From an uncultured Candidatus Saccharibacteria bacterium (GTDB lineage: Bacteria > Patescibacteriota > Minisyncoccia > Phycocordibacterales > UBA9973), in assembly GCA_964469255.1 (NCBI GenBank), contig CAYYKS010000001.1, forward strand, positions 1 through 34,726: a DNA stretch of 34,726 nt. Reading direction: 5' to 3'. The position numbers and the translations under genes are program-made. Below the pieces are notes generated by a model. The model was not told the DNA's origin, ran no database searches, and worked only from the letters and a program-made list of their open reading frames with translations. Shown piece by piece: positions 10,393 to 19,201 of this stretch; position 1 is the stretch's first letter; each line of letters starts with the position of its first letter.

Positions 10393-13065
10393 TTAGTGAG
10401 TTACTACCACTTGTCTAGAAGGCTGATTGAATATGTATTTCATCAACACTACAAGCACAAGGATAAGGATCAGAAGCAGTAACCATTCAAACAAACTTCC
10501 TGGGAAGAAACCTGAGCCGATAACACTTGCGCCAAGTACTCTTCCGTCATAGTTAGCATCGTAGTTTGTATTGGTATTGATTATTGTTGTATCACCCCAA
10601 ACGATTGCAGAAGTGTTTGCACTTACTGATTGAGGGTATCCAGAAGGGTCGTTGTAAGTAAGAGTAGCAGGGAAGTTTAGAACTGTTCCAGCTCGGGCAT
10701 CGGTTCTTAGGCGTACTCGTACTGATACTGTACCTGAAGCACCTGCCTTCAATGTTCCCAGACTCCAGATCAATGTTTGACCATTTCGAGTAGGGTTATT
10801 TGGAGTTGAATACATGTAGTCAACTTCGTAAGGTAATTCTAATCGTAGAACTAGGTTTGTAGCTGAAGCGTTACCAACGTTTTGGTATTTAAGTGTGTAG
10901 TTGATTTCATCTCCTGGGTGAGGTCGTGTGTTATCAAGTGATGCGACAATAGCTTGATGACGGTCTACTTCAGTAGATAGAAGTATCAATGCGTTTCCTG
11001 TTGGTCGGTAAGTTGTAGTACCTTGTACTTGTCCTACGATTATAGTTACAGAATCACTTGTAGTTCCACCTGGACCTGAACATGTGATTGAGAAAGTTCG
11101 AGATGAAGTCATGTTACCAGTGTAGAAACTTCCTGTACCTACATTTTTATTTCCAGCCCAGCCGAGTGATCCACCACTAGCGTAACAAGATGTTGCGTTT
11201 GTAGAGTACCATCGTACTGTTGTAGCTTGGTTGTAAGATAGGCTAGTTCGATCCGCTGTTAGGACTACTGTTGGGCGAGTATTTGGAATTTCAGGGAATA
11301 TATAATCATCGCCAGTATAGAAAGAAAGGATTTGACCTTCAACTCGGTCTTCATCATTTTCAGCTACTGCGCGGAAGTAATAAGTAGTGTTTGCTCGTAG
11401 TCCTGTAATTTGGTCGTCATAAGAAGTTGATCCAGATCCATAACCTTCGTCGCGAGTTTCGTCATTTAAGTTATTTCGAGAAGTTCCATATTCGAACCAT
11501 GCGTCTACAGAAGAACCATTACCATCTACTCGTCCGTTTAGAGTTGCTCGGTTAGAAGTAACACCTGTTGCTGGGCGAGTAGTAACATCTGGAGCTTCGT
11601 CGTTGTTGTTATCATCATCTTCATCTACACGGACAGTCACAGAATCAGTATCTGATAGTCCAGCGTTGTTGAAACAAGTGATAGTGTAAGTAACATCAGA
11701 AGATAGGGAACTAGTGTAGAAAGATCTGTTGTTTCCAACTTCTCTTGATCCAGCCCAGCCATTTCGTCCGTTAGTTCCAGTACATGAAGTAGCATTTGTA
11801 GAAGTCCAGCGTACAGTTGTACTATCGCCTTCATCAATATTTGTGTCATCAGCAGATATGGTTACGTTAGGTTGATTGTTTGGGTACTGACATGGAAGAG
11901 AGCCTCCGTAGTTTGTAGCAAGTGGGTCTGTACAAGTGTTATTGTTTCCTACCGTCACAGTTGTAGATTGAACAGTTGATGCGCCGGCACTATTGAAACA
12001 TTGGATACTGTAAGTAGTAGTATTTTGTAGTTGTCCTGTAGGGAAAGATCCTGAAGTGCTTCTACTTCCAGACCATCCGTTTGAACCACCAGTAGCTGTA
12101 CATGAAGTTGCATTGTTAGAACCCCAAGTAACTGTACTTGATCCATTATAGTTTACGTTTGATGGGTTAGCAGAGATTGTTGCAGTAGGTAGAGTTGGTG
12201 TAACATTGCCACAGTTTGTGGTTACTTCGTTTGAAGGAACGGTTGGAGCGTATTTGATTCGGTATTTATATGAAGTTCCTGGTATCACATCGTAGTCAAC
12301 ATATGAACGGTCTCCCATGGATGTGTTTCCGATAAATGCCCAGAATCCGTTTGGATCGTTTGGATAAGAATCTCCTTTTTCTATACCATTAGAATTTGCG
12401 TTTTGTCCGCTTGTCCAATTTAATTGAACACGAGTCGGATTTGAAAGACATTGGTAAGTCAAATTACCAGGAGTTATGTTTGGATTAGGGTTGCTGTATT
12501 GACATGGCGCAGGTCCGTTATAGTTTGTTGCACTTGGGTCTGTACATTTTGGTGGATTAGCAGGAGGATCTCTTTCGTCGTCATCTCCTGGATCTGTACA
12601 GAAATAATCTGCCATATCTATTTGTCCATCATTGTCATTATCTATACCATCAGAACATTGAGTTTTAGGTATAGGGTTAGAACATTGACCAGTTTGGAAA
12701 GTGTTCATACTTCCTCGTGCTGTACCGTCCTGATCTCTTGCTACTGCTTGGTAGTAGTAAGTAGTATGTTCTTTTAGAGGATTCAATTCTTGCTGGTAGC
12801 TAGAATCTGAAGTAAAAGTTTGGTGTGGTGTCTGCCAAGGAAGGGAAGAATCGTCACCCCATTCGAACCAAGCTTCAGTAGAGTTACCATTATTAGGGTA
12901 AACTGTACCAAATAGTGTAGCGCTCCAAACTGCATTGTTACATGTAGTTGTAGCTGATGCAGCTAGTGCGCCTTTGTCGACAATAGAAAACAAGCCACCA
13001 AATAAGGCTGAAACAGCTAGGGCGGCCAGGACGAACTTCTTTGTTTTTGTATTCATATATTTCAT
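10393..13065 (-). CDS. Large repeat-rich cell-surface protein (signal peptide, FN3-like and Ig-like repeats, DUF11-like domain, C-terminal TM anchor)
   Basis: The likely start is the Met at 13065 or 13056, giving KKFVLAALAVSALFGG as signal peptide. There are two FN3-like units (EAWFEWG / DAWFEYG ...TTYY[YF].AVA). There are three ~80-aa units with conserved Cys (TV.W.S.NATSC...GW.G...Y.I.C). A DUF11-like block (GDEINYTLKYQNVGNA) and a hydrophobic C-terminal tail follow. Confidence 0.8.
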   Translation of the reverse strand: MKYMNTKTKKFVLAALAVSALFGGLFSIVDKGALAASATTTCNNAVWSATLFGTVYPNNGNSTEAWFEWGDDSSLPWQTPHQTFTSDSSYQQELNPLKEHTTYYYQAVARDQDGTARGSMNTFQTGQCSNPIPKTQCSDGIDNDNDGQIDMADYFCTDPGDDDERDPPANPPKCTDPSATNYNGPAPCQYSNPNPNITPGNLTYQCLSNPTRVQLNWTSGQNANSNGIEKGDSYPNDPNGFWAFIGNTSMGDRSYVDYDVIPGTSYKYRIKYAPTVPSNEVTTNCGNVTPTLPTATISANPSNVNYNGSSTVTWGSNNATSCTATGGSNGWSGSRSTSGSFPTGQLQNTTTYSIQCFNSAGASTVQSTTVTVGNNNTCTDPLATNYGGSLPCQYPNNQPNVTISADDTNIDEGDSTTVRWTSTNATSCTGTNGRNGWAGSREVGNNRSFYTSSLSSDVTYTITCFNNAGLSDTDSVTVRVDEDDDNNNDEAPDVTTRPATGVTSNRATLNGRVDGNGSSVDAWFEYGTSRNNLNDETRDEGYGSGSTSYDDQITGLRANTTYYFRAVAENDEDRVEGQILSFYTGDDYIFPEIPNTRPTVVLTADRTSLSYNQATTVRWYSTNATSCYASGGSLGWAGNKNVGTGSFYTGNMTSSRTFSITCSGPGGTTSDSVTIIVGQVQGTTTYRPTGNALILLSTEVDRHQAIVASLDNTRPHPGDEINYTLKYQNVGNASATNLVLRLELPYEVDYMYSTPNNPTRNGQTLIWSLGTLKAGASGTVSVRVRLRTDARAGTVLNFPATLTYNDPSGYPQSVSANTSAIVWGDTTIINTNTNYDANYDGRVLGASVIGSGFFPGSLFEWLLLLILILVLVVLMKYIFNQPSRQVVVTH

Positions 13066-13140
13066 ACTTATTTTAATAACTTGATTTATTACTTCTAATA
13101 TACTTTGGCCCAAAAGTCAATACCTTATTTATACCTATAT

Positions 13141-13169
13141 AGTATATCATACTATATGTAAAAAGTCAA
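13141..13169 (-). promoter_or_regulatory. Candidate promoter of the surface-protein gene
   Basis: On the minus strand: GGTATTGACTTTT (-35 TTGACT), 17 nt, TATACT. The same GGTATTGACTTTT string recurs at 13111-13123. Confidence 0.45.
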
Positions 13170-13192
13170 TACCCGGTTGTTTTTCTTGGATA

Positions 13193-13243
13193 CTCACTCT
13201 ATAAAATCATCAATTTTTAACATTAATAACTTTATAGAGTGAG
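13193..13243. terminator. 13-bp perfect hairpin at the downstream edge of the high-GC gene
   Basis: ctcactctataaa, 25 nt, tttatagagtgag. It sits 60 nt past the stop of the 13303..14118 gene. The loop is large, so a terminator role is uncertain. Confidence 0.3.
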
Positions 13244-13302
13244 GAAAGCGTGGGGCAATCCTGCACCCTAACCTTCCTCGCTAGATTGTTGATTGTAGAT
13301 GA

Positions 13303-14118
13303 TCAGCGTGCGAAATTCTGCTGACCGTTTCTGTTCTTGTTCCCGAGAACGAAGAGAACGCTGAACTCCTTCTTCTTCGCGTTGAACCCGACGTTGACGA
13401 AGTTTTGCGCCGATGCCACGCTCGATGCGCCAACACCGGGGCCGCTCTTCGGACACGTGTTGGGGTCCTTCGTGGCGGTGCACTTCACCTTGTCACCTTC
13501 AGTGTCGACGCGAAGCTTGTCTTCTTTGAGGACAAGGTAAGTTGCGACACCAATCACCACTCCGGTAGCAATCCACGACTTGGTTCCCCAATGGAACCCG
13601 TCATCGTCGAGATTTGGCGATGCGACCCGTCGTTCTGACTGCGGAAGCACGTTCACCGTGATGATGTTCGTGTTCATGTTGGCGCCAACACCTTCGGGAA
13701 CGTTCGTGCCAGCCGCGATGCGCTCGCCTGCCTCGCGGATCGTTTCCGGATTGCGGGGCATTGTGGTACCCGTCAGCCATCCTTTGGTCACGGGGTTCTT
13801 GCAGAGGACGATCACTTGCTGCTTGCCGTTCGGTGAATTCGCGGCGATGTGGCCCGCGGGCATCACGCAAGTGTGCTCACGTCCATCGCCAGCCAGCTGA
13901 GTTATGAGCTGGGGGCTGTCCGTCTTGATGAGCGTCCAGTCGGCGGGCGGGACCCACTTAAAGGTCCTGTCCACCGGGTCGGCGCCGACGTTACAGATGG
14001 GTGCCCCACCGGTATTGATCGTCTGCTCTTCGCAGCCAATCGGGGAACTTCCGGCGAAGGCGGGTACGAAGGTTACGAGGACGAGCAGAGCGGCGAGGAC
14101 GAACTTGAGTTGGGTCAT
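13303..14118 (-). CDS. High-GC foreign gene: secreted/membrane-anchored hypothetical protein
   Basis: 271 aa. The ORF spans exactly the GC-rich block. There is a strong G/C preference at third codon positions. It has a signal peptide (LAALLVLVTFVPAFAG), one internal TM segment (WIATGVVIGVATYLVL) and scattered Cys. I recognise no family. Confidence 0.75.
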   Translation of the reverse strand: MTQLKFVLAALLVLVTFVPAFAGSSPIGCEEQTINTGGAPICNVGADPVDRTFKWVPPADWTLIKTDSPQLITQLAGDGREHTCVMPAGHIAANSPNGKQQVIVLCKNPVTKGWLTGTTMPRNPETIREAGERIAAGTNVPEGVGANMNTNIITVNVLPQSERRVASPNLDDDGFHWGTKSWIATGVVIGVATYLVLKEDKLRVDTEGDKVKCTATKDPNTCPKSGPGVGASSVASAQNFVNVGFNAKKKEFSVLFVLGNKNRNGQQNFAR

Positions 14119-14229
14119 GGTGTCTCCAGTGGGTTAATTGTGATGAGCGAATGGTGGGGAGCGTCATTGCCCCCACCACCGCAAGTCTGCGAAGTGAGAG
14201 CTGGGGCGCACGCCCTACCTCTAGGTATT

Positions 14230-14258
14230 CTTATATCACAGTATGGGCAAAAAGTCAA
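14230..14258 (-). promoter_or_regulatory. Candidate promoter of the high-GC gene
   Basis: On the minus strand: TTGACT, 17 nt, TGaTATAAG (extended -10), in AT-rich host-like DNA. This leaves a ~110-nt GC-rich leader. Confidence 0.45.
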
Positions 14259-14345
14259 GCCCATACCAAGATAAAAGAGTACGATTCTCCCACTAAGCCG
14301 TTAGTTAGGAATAGGTTATTACAAACAAAATATCACTGCGGTCGA

Positions 14346-14393
14346 CACATAAATACAAAAAGCCAGAGCAGTCTGGCTTTTTGTATTTATGTG
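14346..14393. terminator. 22-bp perfect hairpin abutting the tRNA 3' end
   Basis: cacataaatacaaaaagccaga-gcag-tctggctttttgtatttatgtg. It overlaps the last 2 nt of the tRNA and has T-tracts within both arms. Confidence 0.6.
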
Positions 14394-14463
14394 TCCCCGC
14401 GTGGAATCGAACCACGATCTCAAACTCCGCAAGCTTGAATTCTATCCGTTAAACTACGGGGAC
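14392..14463 (-). tRNA. tRNA-Arg, anticodon GCG by hand folding; CCA not encoded
   Basis: Hand-folded cloverleaf: acceptor GUCCCCG/CGGGGAC, D-arm GUUU-AACGGAUA-GAAU, anticodon arm CAAGC-UUGCGGA-GUUUG, 4-nt variable region, T-arm CGUGG-UUCGAUU-CCACG, discriminator A. Confidence 0.8.
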
Positions 14464-14512
14464 ATTATTTAATTATTTTAAAACCATAGCAATTTTTTCT
14501 ACTAAAGTAAAA

Positions 14513-14986
14513 CTAGAAACCAAGTGACTCCATGATCTTGTCGGACGGGTGCTCCTTCATCTCCTCTTCTGGAATATTTTTCGAAAGCATTATGTCTTGT
14601 ATCTCTTCTGCTATCGAAGGTATTATGGGTACAGATATGACTGGCATATAAAACCTTTCTGACTTTATGAAAAATAAATCTTTTACTGCAGAATCTTCTG
14701 GGTGAGATAATTGTATCCAATAAGACTTTATGTTTTCGTAAGGATATAACCTACTGTGTATTTTCAGCCCTTTAGAATTTAGCTCATAATTTACTAGGTC
14801 GGGTTTTTTCTTGGCAAAAAATCCAAGCAAGAACCCAGCGATAATTATAAGCGCCGCAAAAAAATAATTACTATAAATGATAGCGGCTAGAGAGCTTGTC
14901 ACTACAATAATTCCAAGAGCCCAGAACCAATCAGGGTCACGATACTTTTCTTCGTATTCGAGAGCGGTCCACTCGAGCTTTTCCAT
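14513..14986 (-). CDS. Hypothetical two-TM membrane protein
   Basis: The likely start is MEKLEWTALEYEE at 14986. Two adjacent hydrophobic helices are followed by a soluble domain. No family is recognised with confidence. Confidence 0.65.
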   Translation of the reverse strand: MEKLEWTALEYEEKYRDPDWFWALGIIVVTSSLAAIIYSNYFFAALIIIAGFLLGFFAKKKPDLVNYELNSKGLKIHSRLYPYENIKSYWIQLSHPEDSAVKDLFFIKSERFYMPVISVPIIPSIAEEIQDIMLSKNIPEEEMKEHPSDKIMESLGF

Positions 14987-15150
14987 ATGTATATTGTAAC
15001 ACCCGGTAGTAGATTTTAGCAAAGTAAATTTTAGAAAATTTACGCACTTTATGTATTATGTATTGCCAAAATTCGCTATTCGGGAACAAAGTATTTATTT
15101 ACCCCTCCAATTAGTTTATGCGTGTTATAATTGCTATTATCTAAAATTAT

Positions 15151-15819
15151 ATGTCTATATTGGTTATTGAAGATGAAAAAAAGCTTGTGGACATATTGAA
15201 GCGTGCCCTCAAAAGGGAGCGCTATTCTGTAGACGTAGCTTACGACGGAGAAGAAGGTTTAGAAAAAGCCCTTAAGGGTAACTACAGCCTAATTCTTTTA
15301 GACATAATGTTACCGAAAAAAGATGGTATTGCTGTATGCAAAGAATTGCGTGCTAGCAATGTGCATACACCCATAATCATGGTTACTGCCCGGGGTGGTA
15401 TAGAAGATATAGTGTGTGGACTCGATGCAGGAGCAGATGATTATATGATTAAGCCCATAGATATGATCGAATTGTTTGCTCGAATTCGAGCAGTACTTCG
15501 CCGTCCAAAAAATATCGAGTCCGATATTGTGAAGTTTGCGGATTTGATAATGGATAAAAAGAAGCACGAGGTTACACGAGCGGGGAAAGTAGTTACACTT
15601 ACTCCAAAAGAATATAAACTTTTAGACATACTTCTTTCCAATCAGGGGGAAGCTATGAATAGACGAAAACTTATTGATCATGCTTGGGGTCCGGATTTTA
15701 AAGAAACAAACAATGAACTCAATGTACATATTCGCTATCTTCGCACTAAAATTGATGAAGGAAAAAATAAAGCTCTAATACATACCATGCGGGGAGTTGG
15801 GTTTGTGCTAAAAGAATAA
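15151..15819 (+). CDS. OmpR/PhoB-family response regulator (no kinase adjacent)
   Basis: 222 aa. Receiver domain (ILVIEDE, LILLDIMLPKKDG, KP) plus a winged-helix output (LTPKEYKLL...RGVGF). Confidence 0.9.
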   Translation: MSILVIEDEKKLVDILKRALKRERYSVDVAYDGEEGLEKALKGNYSLILLDIMLPKKDGIAVCKELRASNVHTPIIMVTARGGIEDIVCGLDAGADDYMIKPIDMIELFARIRAVLRRPKNIESDIVKFADLIMDKKKHEVTRAGKVVTLTPKEYKLLDILLSNQGEAMNRRKLIDHAWGPDFKETNNELNVHIRYLRTKIDEGKNKALIHTMRGVGFVLKE

Positions 15820-15879
15820 ATTTAATTACTTACGGTAAAGTAGATAGCATGGGTTTTTGTTTTAGTGTAAAATCCTACT

Positions 15880-17133
15880 ATGCCTAAGGATAATCCTTTA
15901 ACTATAGTTATATTTGGAGCCACTGGTGATTTGTATGGAGACAAGCTGGCAAAAGCGCTTTTCATATTATTTAAAGAGGGGAAATTGCCGACTGATTTCA
16001 AAATTATTGCTTTTGCCCGTAGAGATTTTATTCACCATACTTTTCGTTCGCATACCAGCGAGAAAATAACTAAAAGAGATAACATTGATCATTCTAACCT
16101 CGATAAATTTTTGGAACATATAGAATATTTCAAAGGAGATTTTTTCAATCAAGCTGATTATCATAGACTCTATGATGAACTTTCTTTACAAAAAGATCGA
16201 TCAATAATATTCCATATAGCTACTCCGTATTTTGCGTACAAGGATATATTTCAGCATATAAAGGATGCACGCCTAAACCTAATGAACAAACCTCCAAAAA
16301 TTCTTATCGAGAAGCCTTTTGGAGAAAGTGAACAAGATGCTAAATCTTTACATGGCCTCCTGCATTCTATTTTTGATGAAAATAATGTTTTTCATGTAGA
16401 CCATTATTTAGCAAAAGAAAATTCTAGAGGTATTCTAGAATATCGCCATAAAGACACCGCGCTTCAGAATATTTGGAATGGTGACCATATAGAAAAAATC
16501 AAAATCGCTTTTCATGAGAGCAATTTAGTCGGTACTCGTGGGGCTTCTTATGATAAGGTTGGCGCATTTCGCGATGTGGGGGAGAATCATATGTTACAGC
16601 TTCTCGCTCTTGTGGCTATGAAAATTCCTCGGGAATTAAATCCAAATGATATTCGTCTATCTAGAACAAATGCACTTTCGGATTTATACATTGATGATCG
16701 AGGCAAGATAACTAAAGGACAATATGAAGGGTATAAATCGGAGCCTGGAGTTTCTTCGGAGTCCAATACCGAAACCTTTTTTAGAGTTTTTCTAAAATCA
16801 AAAGACCCTAATTTTTCAAATGTATCTATTGAGCTTGAGGGAGGAAAAGGGCTCATAGATATGAAATCAAGCATAACCAGCACCACGGTATCTGTATGGG
16901 TTTATTTTAAAGATGGAACTACTAAAGAATTTAAAATTCAGCCAGTGGTAGGCACAGAATACAATTCATATACTCAGGTGTATGTGGATGCAATAAGGGG
17001 GGACCAGTCTTTGTTTGTGACGATAGATGAAATTATTGTAGAATTGAAGCTGGCGAGAGAACTTTTCCTGAAATGGACAGATGTTCCTTTGATTATTTAC
17101 AATAAGGGCACGAAGCCAGAAGACATAACATAG
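15880..17133 (+). CDS. zwf: Glucose-6-phosphate dehydrogenase (short form)
   Basis: 417 aa. GATGDL nucleotide motif, EKPFG, and HVDHYLAKE (the RIDHYLGKE-type active-site motif). Confidence 0.85.
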   Translation: MPKDNPLTIVIFGATGDLYGDKLAKALFILFKEGKLPTDFKIIAFARRDFIHHTFRSHTSEKITKRDNIDHSNLDKFLEHIEYFKGDFFNQADYHRLYDELSLQKDRSIIFHIATPYFAYKDIFQHIKDARLNLMNKPPKILIEKPFGESEQDAKSLHGLLHSIFDENNVFHVDHYLAKENSRGILEYRHKDTALQNIWNGDHIEKIKIAFHESNLVGTRGASYDKVGAFRDVGENHMLQLLALVAMKIPRELNPNDIRLSRTNALSDLYIDDRGKITKGQYEGYKSEPGVSSESNTETFFRVFLKSKDPNFSNVSIELEGGKGLIDMKSSITSTTVSVWVYFKDGTTKEFKIQPVVGTEYNSYTQVYVDAIRGDQSLFVTIDEIIVELKLARELFLKWTDVPLIIYNKGTKPEDIT

Positions 17134-17146
17134 AATATAAAATAAT

Positions 17147-18079
17147 ATGAAAAAAGAACTTGGATATATCGGACTAGGTAAGATGGGTAAGAATATGGTT
17201 TTTCGGATGCTCGACCATGGATGGAAGATAGTGGCATATAACCGCACACAAGACGTAGTGAAAGAAGTGGAAAGAGAAGGTGCAGTACCGGCTACAGATT
17301 TGAAGGATTTGGTTTCTAAATTATCTACTCCTAGAACTGTATGGGTGATGGTGTCCCACTCCGCCGTAGATGAAGTTTTGAATGACTTGCTGCCACATCT
17401 CGAAAAAGGCGACACTGTAATAGATGGAGGAAATTCTCCTTACCAAGAGACCATCCGCCGTGCAAAAGAAGTAGAAGCTAAGGGGGTCAAGTTTATGGAT
17501 ATAGGAGTGTCTGGTGGGCCTGGTGGGTCACTCAATGGGGCTTGTATGATGGTGGGCGGGAACAAGGATCAATACAATGAGCTAGAAGCTGTAGGATTCT
17601 TCAAAGATACTTGTGTGGACCATGGATTCGGCTATATGGGTCCGCACGGGGCGGGACATTTTGTAAAAATGATTCACAACGGCATCGAGTATGGCATGAT
17701 GCAGTCTATAGCTGAAGGGTATGACTTGCTTCGCCACTCCAAGGAATACAATTTGGATTTGGAGCGTGTTACTGATGTGTACGCTCATGGTAGCGTCATC
17801 ACTTCCAGGTTAGTTTCCTGGTTACAGGATGGAATTAAAAAATATGGACCAGACCTCAATGATATTTCTGGGCGCGCTTCAGCTTCCGGAGAAGGAAAGT
17901 GGACAGTGGAAGCAGGCACAAGAGAGGGCATCAGTATGCCAGCTATCCAAGCAGCGCTTGATTTACGAAAAGCTTCCCAGGAAACTCCTTCTTATCAAGG
18001 AAAAGTTACATCTACTATGCGCGGAGAATTTGGTCAGCATCCAGTAAAAAGAGGGGAAGACGAACCCGAGGTGCTATAG
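17147..18079 (+). CDS. gnd: 6-phosphogluconate dehydrogenase, short (YqeC/Gnd-like) type
   Basis: 310 aa. GYIGLGKMGKNM Rossmann motif, GVSGG, GAGHFVKMIHNGIEYG. Confidence 0.85.
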   Translation: MKKELGYIGLGKMGKNMVFRMLDHGWKIVAYNRTQDVVKEVEREGAVPATDLKDLVSKLSTPRTVWVMVSHSAVDEVLNDLLPHLEKGDTVIDGGNSPYQETIRRAKEVEAKGVKFMDIGVSGGPGGSLNGACMMVGGNKDQYNELEAVGFFKDTCVDHGFGYMGPHGAGHFVKMIHNGIEYGMMQSIAEGYDLLRHSKEYNLDLERVTDVYAHGSVITSRLVSWLQDGIKKYGPDLNDISGRASASGEGKWTVEAGTREGISMPAIQAALDLRKASQETPSYQGKVTSTMRGEFGQHPVKRGEDEPEVL

Positions 18080-18090
18080 ATTTTGTAAAT

Positions 18091-18819
18091 ATGAGTAATA
18101 TCAATATTGTAAATTGCGCAGATGCTGGCGATGCAGTACTAAAAGCATCAGAAAAATTAAATTCGATTTTAAAAAATCTACACGATCAAGATGTGCCAGT
18201 ACTTCTGTGTATGTCTGGCGGATCAGCTTTAAAAATCGCAGATCAGATAGATAAAAATTATATTCCTAAAAAATTCACTCTAACAGTTTTAGATGACAGG
18301 TACAGCAAAGATGAAAAGGTAAATAATTTTTCCTTACTCATGAATACACCGTTGTACAAAGACGCACTCTCACTTGGTGCGAATTTTATCGACACCAGAA
18401 TTAAAAACGACGAAAGTATTTCTGAAATATCAGCCATAGCTGATATGGGAATAAAGAAGTGGATTGAGGGTAATCCAGATGGAAAAATAATTATTACTCA
18501 AGGTATAGGCCCAGATGGGCACACCTCAGGTATGATGCCGTATCCGGAAGACCAAGAAAAATTTGATAAACTATTTGTAGACACCGATAAATTTTCAGTG
18601 GGGTATAACAATGAAGGGAAAAATGAATACCATCTACGCATAACCTCAACAATGAAATTTTTGATAGATCATGTCGATGAGTCAGTGTTACTCATGACAG
18701 GCAAAGAAAAATCCCAAGCATTTCATAATACTTGGGACTCTTCAAAAACTTTGGCGCAAACTCCGGGTAGGGTGATTCACCAAATGAAAAAGGTGAACTT
18801 GTTTACTGATATACAGTAG
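18091..18819 (+). CDS. pgl: 6-phosphogluconolactonase / NagB-fold protein
   Basis: 242 aa. SGGS motif, GIGPDGHT[SA] motif, and a position directly after zwf-gnd. Confidence 0.7.
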   Translation: MSNINIVNCADAGDAVLKASEKLNSILKNLHDQDVPVLLCMSGGSALKIADQIDKNYIPKKFTLTVLDDRYSKDEKVNNFSLLMNTPLYKDALSLGANFIDTRIKNDESISEISAIADMGIKKWIEGNPDGKIIITQGIGPDGHTSGMMPYPEDQEKFDKLFVDTDKFSVGYNNEGKNEYHLRITSTMKFLIDHVDESVLLMTGKEKSQAFHNTWDSSKTLAQTPGRVIHQMKKVNLFTDIQ

Positions 18820-18821
18820 AC

Positions 18822-19193
18822 TTACCTCAGTTTTACGTAGTATTCTTCACTACCGTACAGAGTATAAGTACCATCAGCTTTCTTTTCTGCGTAGACTTCA
18901 AAGATATCTCCTTTGTGAGTTTCCAAATCTCCAAAACTTCCGACTCCAATAATTGAACCAACTGTTGCTTGAGTCCAGCCCATAATTACAGTGACGTGCT
19001 TTTTATCTATGACCACATAGCATTCACCGTCCGCAAAGCATCCGGTATTTACTTCTTCCAGTTTTCCTGAAAAAGTAGAGCCTGAGTTCGTATTTTCGAC
19101 TACGTTTTCTTTATTTCCTTTTTTGTATAAATATACGCCACCGACAATAAGTCCTAGAACTATTACCCAGCTTAAAATATTTTTTTTATCCAT
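18822..19193 (-). CDS. Hypothetical N-terminally anchored protein
   Basis: 123 aa. One N-terminal TM helix, no recognised domain. Confidence 0.55.
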   Translation of the reverse strand: MDKKNILSWVIVLGLIVGGVYLYKKGNKENVVENTNSGSTFSGKLEEVNTGCFADGECYVVIDKKHVTVIMGWTQATVGSIIGVGSFGDLETHKGDIFEVYAEKKADGTYTLYGSEEYYVKLR

Positions 19194-19201
19194 ATATTTA
19201 C

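Noticed and set aside
13250-14270. The high-GC block as an assembly chimera or contaminant read-through.
   Set aside because: The block is internal, with about 13 kb and 20 kb of uniform low-GC sequence on either side. It is gene-sized and is preceded by an AT-rich promoter resembling its neighbour's. Still worth confirming with read pairs.
13268-14438. About ten overlapping 60-140-aa ORFs on both strands (for example 13849..14274+, 13580..13900+, 13601..13870-).
   Set aside because: They are a typical by-product of stop-codon-poor high-GC DNA. Only the 13303..14118 minus-strand frame spans the whole block, shows G/C third-position bias and has a signal peptide.
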